Shown: positions 25,046 through 36,334, numbered from the stretch's first letter. The stretch: DNA of 40,000 bases from Candidatus Altimarinota bacterium (GCA_028279865.1 JANQMV010000004.1:10602-50601), one strand, 5' to 3'. Notes: generated by a model from the letters alone, not told the origin. Made by a program: numbers and translations.

Positions 25046-28000
25046 TTAAATTCAACCAATTATTGTAAAGATCACAGATCATCTATAAACATCACTCTCC
25101 TGATTGTAATCAATGTTTATGTAATAAAAGAGGTCGTTTTGATCATTTTCAATCCGGCTACCATGTGAAACACCTGTATCAGCCGTACTTGAGAGAGTGC
25201 CGAACGAATTGACTGTGACAGCAGTACTTGTTAGAGCCCAACCAAAACGATTTTCAACATTTTTAGCATCACCTGTAAGTAATTGATTGCCGGTGTTTGT
25301 TGTTCCGTCCAAGACAGCCGATCAGGTCGCAGAATGTCCTGACAAGGCTATACGTAGGGAATATCAATTTTCGTTGTTTGTACTTACGGTTACCGTGTTT
25401 TTTTGTGTGACAGCACCTCCTGTTCCCGCCCAGTTTTGCCCCATTTGAAAGTCAGGGTCAATATTGAAAACCACCGAACCGGTATCTACCGAAGCAACCA
25501 AGGCTTCTTGAAGCTGAACGTTCAAAGCAACTTGTTGTGCTGAGATAGTAATATCAGCCAGACCGCTTTCCAATAGAGTACTACCTGAATTATAGATATT
25601 AATTGTCAATTCATAAACTCAAGTTGAAGCAGGATTTTTTACCTTATTATTACTAAAGCGCATTTCAAGCACGTCACCGACAGCGACACTGCCTGTAATT
25701 GTGGAAACAACCGTAGTTCCTGTGGAGTTTACAAGATCAACGCTACCAGAGATACTTCCGCTTGCTGATTGGACTGTGATATCACTTTCTGCCAAACTGC
25801 CTGTAAATGCATACGCGCCACTGTTAAAAATTACTTCCATCTTATCTCCTGTGTTTAGTTCAATGCTAACGGGAAAATAGACAATATAATTTGTGGTATC
25901 AGCAATACGAATGCTTTCTGCAGAGACAGACCCTCTTTCTCCATTTGTAGTGTCGAAAGTGAAGGTTGCCGAAGCTGTTTTTTCTTCATTTTGAGCAGTA
26001 TCGGTTGCACGGCTTTTAATTGTATAGCGACCTCCATTCGTCCAAACGGGTGAAATATATGTCCAATTTTCCGCACCATCAGCCAACAGCCAGACTTCAC
26101 TAGTTGCGACAAAGCCTGTTCCCGAATACCATTTGTCTGCGGTTAAATCCTTAATACTGACTCTAACGAAATCAACAGCTGTTTGGGCGTCGGAAGCTGT
26201 TCCAATAATTTTGGGTAATGCACTCAAATCATCTCCATCTCTCGGATAGAGAATTTTTGAACTTGGTTCTTGTGTTTCGAGGCTAAAAGTTGCAGTTTGG
26301 GAACTCCAAACACCTTCTCCACTGTCATCATCCCAAAACTTAATTCTCCAATAGTAGGTAATACCTCCGCTTAATTGATCCCCGGCATAAGTAATCGCCT
26401 CGCAGACTGTGTTAACCAAACAACCTGTACCTGACAACGCAGTTCCGCCAGAACCTGAATCCCAAAGAGTCGTACCTGTAAAAGTAGAAGCTGTATTGAC
26501 TTGAATTTGATATTTTAGTGCGATATCCCCAGCATCACTGTCTCGATAAATTGCGGTAAATTCCGGCGTTGGATTAGGGAGATTAATAGGGTTTGCATTG
26601 CTTTCTGTTTTTAAAGTATCGGGGGCAGAGGGTTTCGCGTTTAAATCTGCCAAAAAACTGGCGGTTTCTGTGCTCCAGACTCCTTCGTTACCCTCATCAT
26701 CCCAAAATTTAATCCTATAGTAGTAAGTTGTATTATGAATTAATGTTGCTCCTGAGTAAATAATGTCACTTGAGCGATTCCCTGCGGTGATGTTGGTAAT
26801 CGTCACACCTGTACCCGAATCCCACTCCGGACTTGAGAAATCGCTGTTGTCATCAACCTGAATTTGGTAAGCATTGGCAATATCGCCTGCTTCAGGATCA
26901 TTGTAAATTGCAGAAAAATGTGGAGTGTTCGAGGTGATGCTCACACCTGTACCGGATGTGCCGGATTGGGCGTCTGTGTCATTGACATAAAGTATTGTTG
27001 GCTCTGTCGGAGCCGGATCTTCAGTGTACTTTATCGCTATTTGATTTATTTCCGAAGAATCTGTCTCTCCGTATGGGCTAGATGGTGGAGTGAAGTCTGA
27101 TGTCCAACGGGCTTCACCTTTGGTTATACGGATTTCGTCAAGATAGCCATCGAAATAAGTTGAAGCTGTTGGAACCCCATTTGGAACACCAGCTCAGAAT
27201 GATAATACTCCATCACTATCGACAAAAGTTAATCCTGTCACATCTACAGTCTCCTGAAGAGTACCATTTTGAAATAAGTAAACAGTATTACCACTACGCA
27301 CCATGGCAATGTGATCCCACTGTCCAGCATTAACCGTACCAAACGTCGTGCTTGGCCCCCAAGATGATCCTGTAGTTGATGTATGAAACCCAAAATCAAC
27401 TCCTGACATCACATAAAGTTGAACTGGAGAATAATTAGAAGCAAGTTTTTGTGTCACGAGCGCTTGATGCTCCGTACCAGATATATAATTAACCCAAAAA
27501 TCAATCGTAAAATCCTCACTGCCAAAGTCCCAATCATCACTATCCGGAAGAGTTAAACAATCTCCTGTCCCATCAAAATACATCGCACTTTTGCCAAACT
27601 TATGACTGACACTATGTTTTATGTCTCCATTTGCCGTAACCACATGTCCTGTGGATGCTCCGAAAGAATTGTCTGTAAAACTTGTAGAATTTGATGTTTT
27701 GTCAGATTGCAGTAACAAAACCGTATTCGCATCATTACCTAATCCCAGATCGTACTTGGCAGTCGGTGGCATGAAATTGGAAGTCCAGCGAGCTAAGCCT
27801 TTTGTAACACGTAGTTCATCGAGAAATCATTTCCACTCACTTTGAGGACCTCCCGAGTACTCTGCACCAATCGTAAGCACAGAATCTGAATCAAGCATTG
27901 TATCACCTCCAACGCTATTACTTCACACGTCTTGTCCATCCAAATAAATTGTTATAATATTTCAATTTCGTACTAAAGCAACATGGTGCCAATCATAATC

Positions 28001-31000
28001 CCACGATTGTGAACTAGAATTAAAATTCTTATTTCCACTTTCATTCGACCAAAAATATCCTGTTAAACGATCTCCAATAATTCTAAGTCCAAATGATTCA
28101 TGCATAGATGTATCTAACGAAGTTATAATCCAAGGATTTACACCAATGCCTGATTCTCTTTTGAACCAAGTATCAATCGTAAAATCTCCATTACCAAAGT
28201 CAAAATCATCCGAATCCGGAATACTCAAATAATCTCCCGTCCCATCAAAATACATCGCACTTTTGCCAAACACGGAATTTCGAACATGCTTTACATCACC
28301 ATTTATAGTAATTGCATGACTGCTATCAGAATCATCTGCAAAGGCTGCAGAGCCGTTTTCTGCATCCGAATGAATTAGGAGTTTTGTCTTTTCGTCATTT
28401 CAGTTTGTCACATCATCATTTGCCTGCAAGCTTACTGCTACGTCCAAAGATGTTTGACTCTTGTCAAAACCGCCTGTTTCTACCCAGTCAGAATCCATCA
28501 CAGCAGCAAGGTCATCTGCGGTCATTTGATTATCACGATATTTTGTCGCTTGAGATATGGCAGAATTCGCTGTATCACCACCCAAAGTTTCAGCTAATTC
28601 CCATGTATCCAAACTCGCAGGATAAGATGGAACTGTAAAATCAGAAGTCCAGCGGGCGATTCCTTTAGAAATACGCAGGTCGTCCACATACCCATTTAAA
28701 TAATTGCCTCAATCGCTTGTTTGTCCTCCAACTTGCAGCGGAATGCTTGGATTAACCCAATTTGTTCCTGCACTAATGGAATCTTCAATTAATAATGATC
28801 CATTTAAATATACTTTTAAAACATTTCCCTCTCTTATAATTGCAATATGATTCCATGCATTTTGTATAACTGAATTAGTGGAACTTTGAGTGTTTACTTC
28901 AGCAGTCCCTGCATTGACCATTACCGTATATAAGTTACTATTTTCGATCCTCGTATACCACCTATTGCTGACATCTTCCCATTGACTAATCAAATATTGT
29001 GTCCCGGACAAACTTCTTGGATTCACCCAAAAATCAATTGTAAAGTCTTCGCTTCCAAAATCCCAATCATCACTATCCGGAATGGACAAATAATCATCCA
29101 CTCCATCAAAAGAGAGAGCGTCACCAAACTCATCTGGAAGTCCGGAAATTTTTACATCTCCATTTGCAACTGGTAGATGATTTGAACTTGAAGAATCTGT
29201 AAAAGTTGTCGAGCCTTCTGGTCCATCCATATTTAATAACAATTTTGTATTTATATCTGCAGAATGAGGAATCGTAGGAACTACGATAGAATCAGAATCA
29301 TCACTTTGAGGACTAGCACCATATCTATTATCATGCGTTATTTTTAGACTTTCCATCGCCCCTTCAAAATCATCACCATTCCCATAATTCCCAATCAATA
29401 ATGCCCCTGCAAACGTATCAACATTTGATTCTGAAAGATATTTAACCTGTTGTCCATTCACATATACGCCATATTCATTTCCAATTTTAATTAACGCGAT
29501 ATGTGTCCATTCATTATTGCTCAAAGGATGGTTTGTTCCAGTTATATCAACAATATATGAACCACCACTTCTCATTTCAAAATCTAAGCCACCACCATTA
29601 ATATGGAAGAATCTCCAAAAATTATTAATATCTTCGTACTGAGCTACATAACATTCATCCGTTGTTAAGTCAGTGTGTTTAACCCATAAATCAATCGTCA
29701 TATTCGTTCCAATATCCCAGTCAGTACTATCTGGCAAACTCAAATAATCACCCGTTCCATCAAAATATGCTGCCTGACCAAATCTGGCAGTATCATCCAT
29801 TTTCGTACCACCATTAAAAGTCACATCATGTTCCGATAAAGAACGATCTCCATCAAAATGTAAAAGTAGTTTTGTGTTGCTATCTGGAGTTTGGGCAGAA
29901 ACCGGCGGAGTGAAGTTTGAAGTCCAAAGTGCTTTACCTTTTGTGACACGAACTTCATCAAGTGATCCATTAAAATCAAAAGTTCCTGTATTCCATTGAG
30001 AACCTGTTCTTCCGTGTCCTCTTCCCACCTCAAATTTACCACCATTTACTGTTCCAGAAAGTGAGGTTGTTGTTCCAACAGATTGACCATTCAAATACAT
30101 TGTTATTGTCCCACTATTATTAGCAATAGCAACATGGTGCCAACCTGATTCCAAAAGCACAGAATTGCTAAAATCCGCAATTGTGTTTCAATCTCCCCAA
30201 TAAAATCTTAACAAATTAGAAGATTTTGTCAGCCTGATGCTCCATCAGTTACTTCAACCTACTCCGTCTGTATATGCTAGATGAATCCCATCGTTATTCT
30301 TCTGATTAAACCAATAATCAATAGTCCAATCAGTAGCAAAAGACAAATCCCAATCTTGTGAATCAGGGATAGTTAAATAATCATCCACTCCATCAAACTG
30401 CATCGCCCCACCGATCTTCCCACGATTATCTAACTTCGGATTTCCGTTCGTAGTAATTGCATGATTTGAAGGTGAAGAATCTCCTTCTCCGTGTAAAAGA
30501 AGTTTTATATTTTCATCCTGCCTGAGGTATCCCCATTTACCTGAATCAACGCCAGAAAATCCGGTCGTTGCGTCCACTTTGGAGGCAATTGTTCTCCAAG
30601 CACTTGCAATCTTATCCCAAATTTTGAACTCATTTCTGCCATCAAAACTAAGTGAATAAAAAGAATCTGAATCGTTGCTTAATTCATTTACGCTAACTCC
30701 GTCAATTCCTTGCCAAGCCGAAGTATCCACTTGGTCAGTTGATGTAATTGTAGTGTAGGTTTCCGCTGGCGCGCTTTCTTCAACTGTTCCTACAATTTTT
30801 AAATTGTCTATATATTGAGAACCTCCTGTTGCGCCACCCCATACAACGTAATCATTTCAATCGTAGAAGGAATGTCCTGTTATGTCCAAAGTTTGCCTCT
30901 GGGGCCAGACAAGGCTTGATTCGGAAGGAGAAGGGTACCAAGTCACTTGGTTACCAATTCTTTCTATTTTTACGTAATACCATGTTCATGCTGAGAAGCT

Positions 31001-34000
31001 AAAACCTGAACCCGAAGCGTAAATTATACTGCCTGCATTATTTGTCATTGATAAATTCCAGGTTGAAGTATCCTCTCAGGTTGGAATAAATTTTCAAAGA
31101 GCCAAGGATGTATTACCTGAAAGATTGTTTACTGTTAAGGCTCTTTCAGAGGAACCTTCAGGTCTGATCCAAGCTGTTATAGCAAAATCATGATCTAAAA
31201 CTTGCCCCCACTTTTTCGATGCTTCTGTTTTCCAATGATTAACATCGCTTGATGGTTTATACATAGAATGACTCCCTCCACTGTCAGTTGGCACTGTTGT
31301 ACTAAAATTAGCAGAACCATTCAACGAACTTGTGTAATCACCACTAATAGTGTTCAGATTATTGCCGTCAAATTTATACTCTTCTTCAAAGTTCAGCTTT
31401 GTTTTTACCAATTTAACTTCTCCTTCATCAAATTCCGTAAGATAAATTTCACTTACTACGCCATCAGCGACATGCTCGGACAAAATGACCTGACCGCTCC
31501 CACTACCTTCTCCTTTGATTTCTAAAATATCATAAAATGTTCCATCAACCTTCACCCGACTACCTTCGCGTACCTTAGGACTGTCAATAAAATGCATGAA
31601 GGCTGGAGGTGTAAAATTTGAAGTCCAGCGGGCAAGTCCCTTGGTTATACGAAGTTCGTCAAGATAGCCTTTGATTGACTCATTGCTCATTTTAGAACCA
31701 ATATATAGAGCATCTGAAACATCATCGAGAGCCAATCAAGACGACCAGGTTTCTACAATTTGACCATTGTTAAATGTATAAAAGATATCTCCGGATCGCA
31801 CTAAAGCATAATGGTTAAACCCACTACTTGAAAAGCTTCCCAAGGATTTTCCATTTGCAATATCCCATGATGCACTGTTACTGGACAACCAAGTAACAAG
31901 ATTCCCACTTGGAGCATCAACATCAATCAAAAATGGTCTATGTCCTGAACCATATCTTCTTGTAATTAATCCATTCCCCCATGATCACACTGTGCCATCG
32001 TCCTTATACCAAAAATCAATTGTAAAGTCTCCACTCCCAAAATCCCAATCAGCACTATCATTTAAATGTAAATAATCCCCCGTTCCATCAAAATAAAGCG
32101 AAGTGTTACCCAACTTATTCGCCCCAGTTGAATGTTGAACATCACCATTGACCGTGACTTCTTTGCCAAAAATTGATGTATCTTCAATATTTTTTGATCC
32201 ATCTGTGTTATTCGATTGAATTAAGAGTTTTGTATCTGCACCACTACCAATAGTTACCACCGATCCACTTGCCGTCTCAAAATGACCTGCATTTTCCGGT
32301 GTGAAATTTGAAGACCAGCGAGCAATTCCTTTGGAAATACGAATTGCATCCAAGCGACCATTGAAATAGTGATTGTAGTTATATCTTTGTACTCCAATAT
32401 GCAACATTCATTGACCGTTCAAAATTCCACCAATATGAGTAACTGTATTTAAAAGTTCACCATTAACATATAAAGAAAAAGTGCCTCATTCTCTTACTAC
32501 AGCCACATGGTACCATTCTCATTCATGCATATTGCTAGTTCCAGACAATACTGGCAAGTAACCAGAGTCATCATCCTTGCGAAATAAAGCTCGTAGAGTT
32601 CATCCTTGATGTGCAATAGAAAATGATGCATTCCCATCATTACCGCTAGCTCTACCTTGCCAAAAAATTATATTTTCATTTATTACATCATCTGGATTCA
32701 TCCAAAAGTCAATCGTAAAATCCTCATTCCCAAAGTCCCAATCATCACTATCCGGAAGAGTTAAATAATCTCCACTGCCGTCAAACTTGTAAGCTCCACC
32801 GTATTTTCCATCTGAACTGATCTGCGCATTTCCATTAAAAGTAATTTTGTGATTTGCAGCAGAAGCATCTCATTCAAAATCTAGCAATAGATTTGTATTT
32901 GTAGTAACTGTAGCCGGAACAGTTGGAGGCATAAATCCTGTTTCCCAGAGTGCTTCTCCTTTGGTAATTCGAAGGTCATCCATATAGCCAGTAAAAGGAC
33001 TACTTACTCCATTGTAAATGCCTACATACAAATTTGATGAACTTCCCGAAACAGCTCCCAGATGAGATTGAGGAAAGTTGCTGTCTAATACACCATCAAT
33101 ATAAATTGAAATATCATCCTGGTCTCTGGTTATTGCAAAATGAGTCCATTGATTCAGAGGCACAGTATTTGTCGTCGTATTTACCCAAACATCATTTGGT
33201 CCTAAATACAGAGATATTTGCCTACTGGCAGTAAGCCACACTTGAAAGCCTCTGTTGGCATATGCGCCTTGCTCTAAAATCACGCTAGAACCACCCTTCG
33301 TGTAAATCCACCCATCAATCGTAAAATCTCCATTACCAAAGTCAAAATCATCCGAATCGGGAATACTCAAATAGTCCCCATTCCCATCAAAATAGATTGT
33401 ATCGCCAAAAATATTACTAAATCCTGTAATTTTAGAATCACCCACAGCATTTACTGCATGAACTGTGTTTCCACTATCAGTAAAGCTTGTTGAACCTTCT
33501 GCCCCATCCGCATGAATCAATAGCTTCGTATTCGTATCTGAATTCACTGCAGAAGTCGCCGGAGTAAAATTAGCAATCCAACGAGCATCACCTTTGGTAA
33601 TACGAATATCATCCATATAACCTTTAAAATCAAGTGCTGGGAAATTTGCATATGATCCGATCACTAAATCAGAGATCTCTCCCGTATGATTTCCGGAAGC
33701 CGATGTATCAGTCATTGTGATTTTGCCGTCAAGAAACAAACGTGCAGTACTGCCTGATCTGTTTAAAGCTACATGATACCATTTGTGTGTTTCTAAGTTA
33801 TTCCCAACATTATTCATACTAATCACATCATTCCCACCAGCATAAATATATGCTGCCAAATTACCAGCCGGTTGCATCATAATGCGAATATTCCCATTAT
33901 GACGAGTTGATCCGCCTGTTCCTCCATTTTCCTGACTTGCATGAGGATAATCCTCTCTCGAAATCAATATTTGCTCCCCGATTTGCTCGAAATATACCCA

Positions 34001-35131
34001 AAAATCAATCGCAAAATCACCCGTACCAAAACTCCAATCAGCATGATCTGGAATTTCAAGATAATCTCCTGCTCCATCAAAATAAACTGCTTCGGCAAAC
34101 TTGGTTGTATTTGTAATTACCGGATCACCATTTACCGTCACATCATGCCCCGTATTCCCCCGATCTCCATCGGCGTGTAAAAGAAGTTGTGTCTGCGCAT
34201 CGCTTGAATATTCTCCTACTCCATCATTTACCCAATTTGTAATCTTACGTTTGACATCTTCTTGAGTATAATTTGCCTCATCCGTGAAGGTGATATAAGT
34301 CGTGGGGTCCAAAGCAATGGGATAAACCAAGCCTTTTGTATCGGCAAAAAGCTGAAGCCTTATCAACTCTTCTGTTTGGCTCAAAATTGTCCAGTAAGCC
34401 TTCTCGCTACGTTTGCCTTCTGCATCCAGCATGTATGGCGCCGGATGATACATTGCGACATTTCCTTTCGAATTGTAGTAATTGACTTTTCCTTTTTCTA
34501 TTACTGCGAATAAGTCTGTCTTAATTTCGTATTCAAATTGCCATTTTCCCTCACCGATATAACCGATATTAGTCGCATCAGTACGAGCAGAGTTTGCGGT
34601 AGCAGGTGTAGTGGAGAAATCTTCCTCAGGATCTCTGTTAAGAGGAATTTCTTTCAAAATCAGATCCTCTTTCACCCCTCGCTTCACCACTGTTTTTAGC
34701 ATGTCAACATCATCATAAACCTCCTTGAAAAGCACCTGATTTGCACTCTGTTGGGCAACGGATGGGTTTGCATTGACAGGTGTGATTTTCAGCTGCTCTA
34801 CTTGATTTTCAGCCTGAACTGTTCCTTCTTTGGCACGACTGGAAATAATCTCCGAAGAATATTTTTTATTTAGTTCAATGTTTGCAACTGCAGTCTGCGC
34901 AATAAATAAATCCTTATTCCCTTTTACTTTTTCAAAACTCTTACTCTTGTCACGCAAATCATCCATTCGCATTACTTCGGAAAGTTGTTTAATTTCCGGC
35001 GAGTTAATCTCAGTAGAAAATAAATTTGAAAGCCAGATCGAGGCAAAAATTGTTCAAGTTAATAAAATTGTGATCAAAAAGCTCTTTTTTTTCAGCAAAG
35101 AGAGGATTTCTTTATTTTTTATTGAGAACAT
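25046..35131 (-). CDS. Giant secreted/surface protein, ~3,361 aa under translation table 25 (26 in-frame UGA read as Gly). Signal anchor, then an N-terminal beta-rich domain, ~10 LamG/ConA-like modules, 2 FN3-like modules, an Ig-like module and a C-terminal region of unknown fold.
   Basis: All 12 track ORFs from 25079 to 34972 share one frame (end coordinate mod 3 = 1). I translated every gap by hand. The only interruptions are TGA. The first TAA/TAG in frame is TAA at 25046-25048. Upstream, the frame stays open to ATG 35129-35131 (alternative ATG 35165-35167; TAA at 35168-35170). The N-terminus MFSIKNKEILSLLKKKSFLITILLT-G-TIFASIWLSNLF is a signal anchor. Confidence 0.85.
26279..26938 (-). 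repeat. Two tandem FN3-like beta-sandwich modules inside the giant gene
   Basis: A pattern occurs twice: P.F(S/T)AIY.D..AGDIA..YQIQV...F...WDSG...Y.G..L....TYY(Y/W)RIKFWDD.G.EGVWS...A(S/T)F. Confidence 0.6.
27090..34192 (-). repeat. Tandem array of ~10 LamG/Concanavalin-A-like (Laminin_G_3-type) modules inside the giant gene
   Basis: Ten copies of the core motif (G/E)DFTIDFW(V) and variants (DFAIDFW, DWTIDYW, NMTIDLW, DFAITAW). Each is embedded in ...LLLH.DG...FG.A.YFDG.GDYL.IPDSDDWDFG..DFTIDFW...W.H.A..R.G....Y.NG...GY.D(D/E).RITKG.ARW...FTPP. Confidence 0.75.
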
Positions 35132-35170
35132 GGTTTTTAATAATTTATATTTTGATATTTTTTTCATTTA

Positions 35171-35199
35171 ATTTTAACACTTTTCACTTTAAAAAACAA
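35171..35199 (-). promoter_or_regulatory. Weak candidate promoter for the giant gene
   Basis: Minus strand reads TTGTTT - 17 nt - TAAAAT (-10 at 35171-35176). The implied start site favours the ATG at 35131 as the initiation codon. Confidence 0.3.
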
Positions 35200-35380
35200 G
35201 GTTTTGTTGCCGCCTTAAGCATTGTCTTAAATTGATTAATTTAATCCTCCTTTAATTTTTCAATATAAAAAGCTCAATAAAGCATAGCAGCCCATAAATA
35301 AACACTATTTTACACTTTACACTTAAGTTTTTAAGCTTTAAAATGAGTTTTACATAGATATAATTTTTAATAAAAAACAT

Positions 35381-36025
35381 ATGTTTACCCAAGCGCAAGC
35401 ACCTGCAGTTCAATCTCCGACTTTTTTAAATAAAGTTTTCGGCTACTTTGGAATTGCTATTTTGATGTCAGCTGTTGGAGTCTTTTATGCACCGGCATTT
35501 TTACCTCCATCTGCTTACAATATTGCCCTGATTTTAGAGTTGGTTTTGATTTTTACATCAGGTATGTGGTCGCAAAAAAGACCTTTGAACATTATCCTGT
35601 TTGCAACTTTCGCTTTTTTAACAGGTGTAACGGTGGTACCTCTACTTGCAATGGCTAATGCCGTTGGCGGAGCTGCTTTAATTTACAAGGCACTCTTTGC
35701 TACAACCGGTATGTTTCTGGGAGCAGCAACCTATGGTTTCATTACAAAAAGAAATTTAATGGGAATGCGAGGATTTTTAATTACCGGATTAATTGGGTTG
35801 ATTATCGTTGGCATTTTGCAAATCTTTTTCTACTCTTCAACAGTTGAACTTATTTCTTCTGGTGTTGGAGTTTTGCTTTTTTCCGGCTTCATAGCTTATG
35901 ATATTCAGAAACTAAAGTATTATCCTGAAAATATGGCTTTAGAGGCTGCTTTATCTTTATATTTGAGTTTCTTCAACCTATTCATTTCCGTACTTCGATT
36001 AATGACAGCATTAGGTCGAAATTAA
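35381..36025 (+). CDS. BAX inhibitor-1/YccA-family integral membrane protein
   Basis: 214-aa ORF with about seven hydrophobic segments and the family-typical C-terminal region (...AYDIQKLK...ALSLYLSFFNLFISVLRL). Confidence 0.75.
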   Translation: MFTQAQAPAVQSPTFLNKVFGYFGIAILMSAVGVFYAPAFLPPSAYNIALILELVLIFTSGMWSQKRPLNIILFATFAFLTGVTVVPLLAMANAVGGAALIYKALFATTGMFLGAATYGFITKRNLMGMRGFLITGLIGLIIVGILQIFFYSSTVELISSGVGVLLFSGFIAYDIQKLKYYPENMALEAALSLYLSFFNLFISVLRLMTALGRN

Positions 36026-36103
36026 GAACACGGAATTTTCATTTGCCAAAAACAGACAAATCAAGTAAAGTTTCGTAGCTTAAAAATTTAACGAGAATAT
36101 ACT

Positions 36104-36334
36104 ATGGCAGTTCCAAAGAAAAAAGTCTCAAAAGGACGTTCCTCCAGGCGTTATAAAACTTATGTAAAAAAACAACATAAGAAGATTTTGGACAAATTGG
36201 TCTTGGTTGATTGTCCTCAATGTAAAGAGAAAAAAATCGCCCACCAGGTTTGTAAAACTTGCGGGACTTACAATGGAAGACAAGTCTTGGACATGGAAAA
36301 GAAAACGGAAAAAGTAACCAAAGTTTTGGCTTAA
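36104..36334 (+). CDS. rpmF: 50S ribosomal protein L32 (bL32), Zn-ribbon form
   Basis: 76-aa ORF starting MAVPKKKVSKGRSSRR, with CPQC...CKTCG. Confidence 0.85.
   Translation: MAVPKKKVSKGRSSRRYKTYVKKQHKKILDKLVLVDCPQCKEKKIAHQVCKTCGTYNGRQVLDMEKKTEKVTKVLA

Noticed and set aside
25079-34972. Treating the 12 track ORFs (25079-25312 ... 32870-34972) as separate genes, or as fragments of a decayed pseudogene
   Set aside because: All 12 are in the same frame. They are separated only by TGA, never by TAA, TAG or a frameshift, across ~10 kb of AT-rich DNA. Domain motifs continue seamlessly across the TGAs. Random decay would not produce this pattern.
25046-35131. UGA = Trp (translation table 4) as the explanation
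   Set aside because: At four module-aligned UGA positions (27827, 32870, 27962, 32486) the paralogous modules have Gly, not Trp. The conserved Trp positions (DFTIDFW, ARW, W.H.A) are all encoded by TGG in the copies I read.
25046-35131. Periodic repeats in the 25-35 kb region as a CRISPR array or satellite
   Set aside because: The periodicity is that of ~500-600-nt protein modules in one open frame. There are no short identical direct repeats with unique spacers, and no cas genes.
35245-35253. Perfect SD-like AAAGGAGGA (minus strand) upstream of the giant gene
   Set aside because: It lies 78-114 nt from the candidate start codons. The nearest downstream ATG (35220-35222) is 22 nt away, in another frame, and opens only a ~26-codon ORF. 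It is not a functional SD for any supported ORF.
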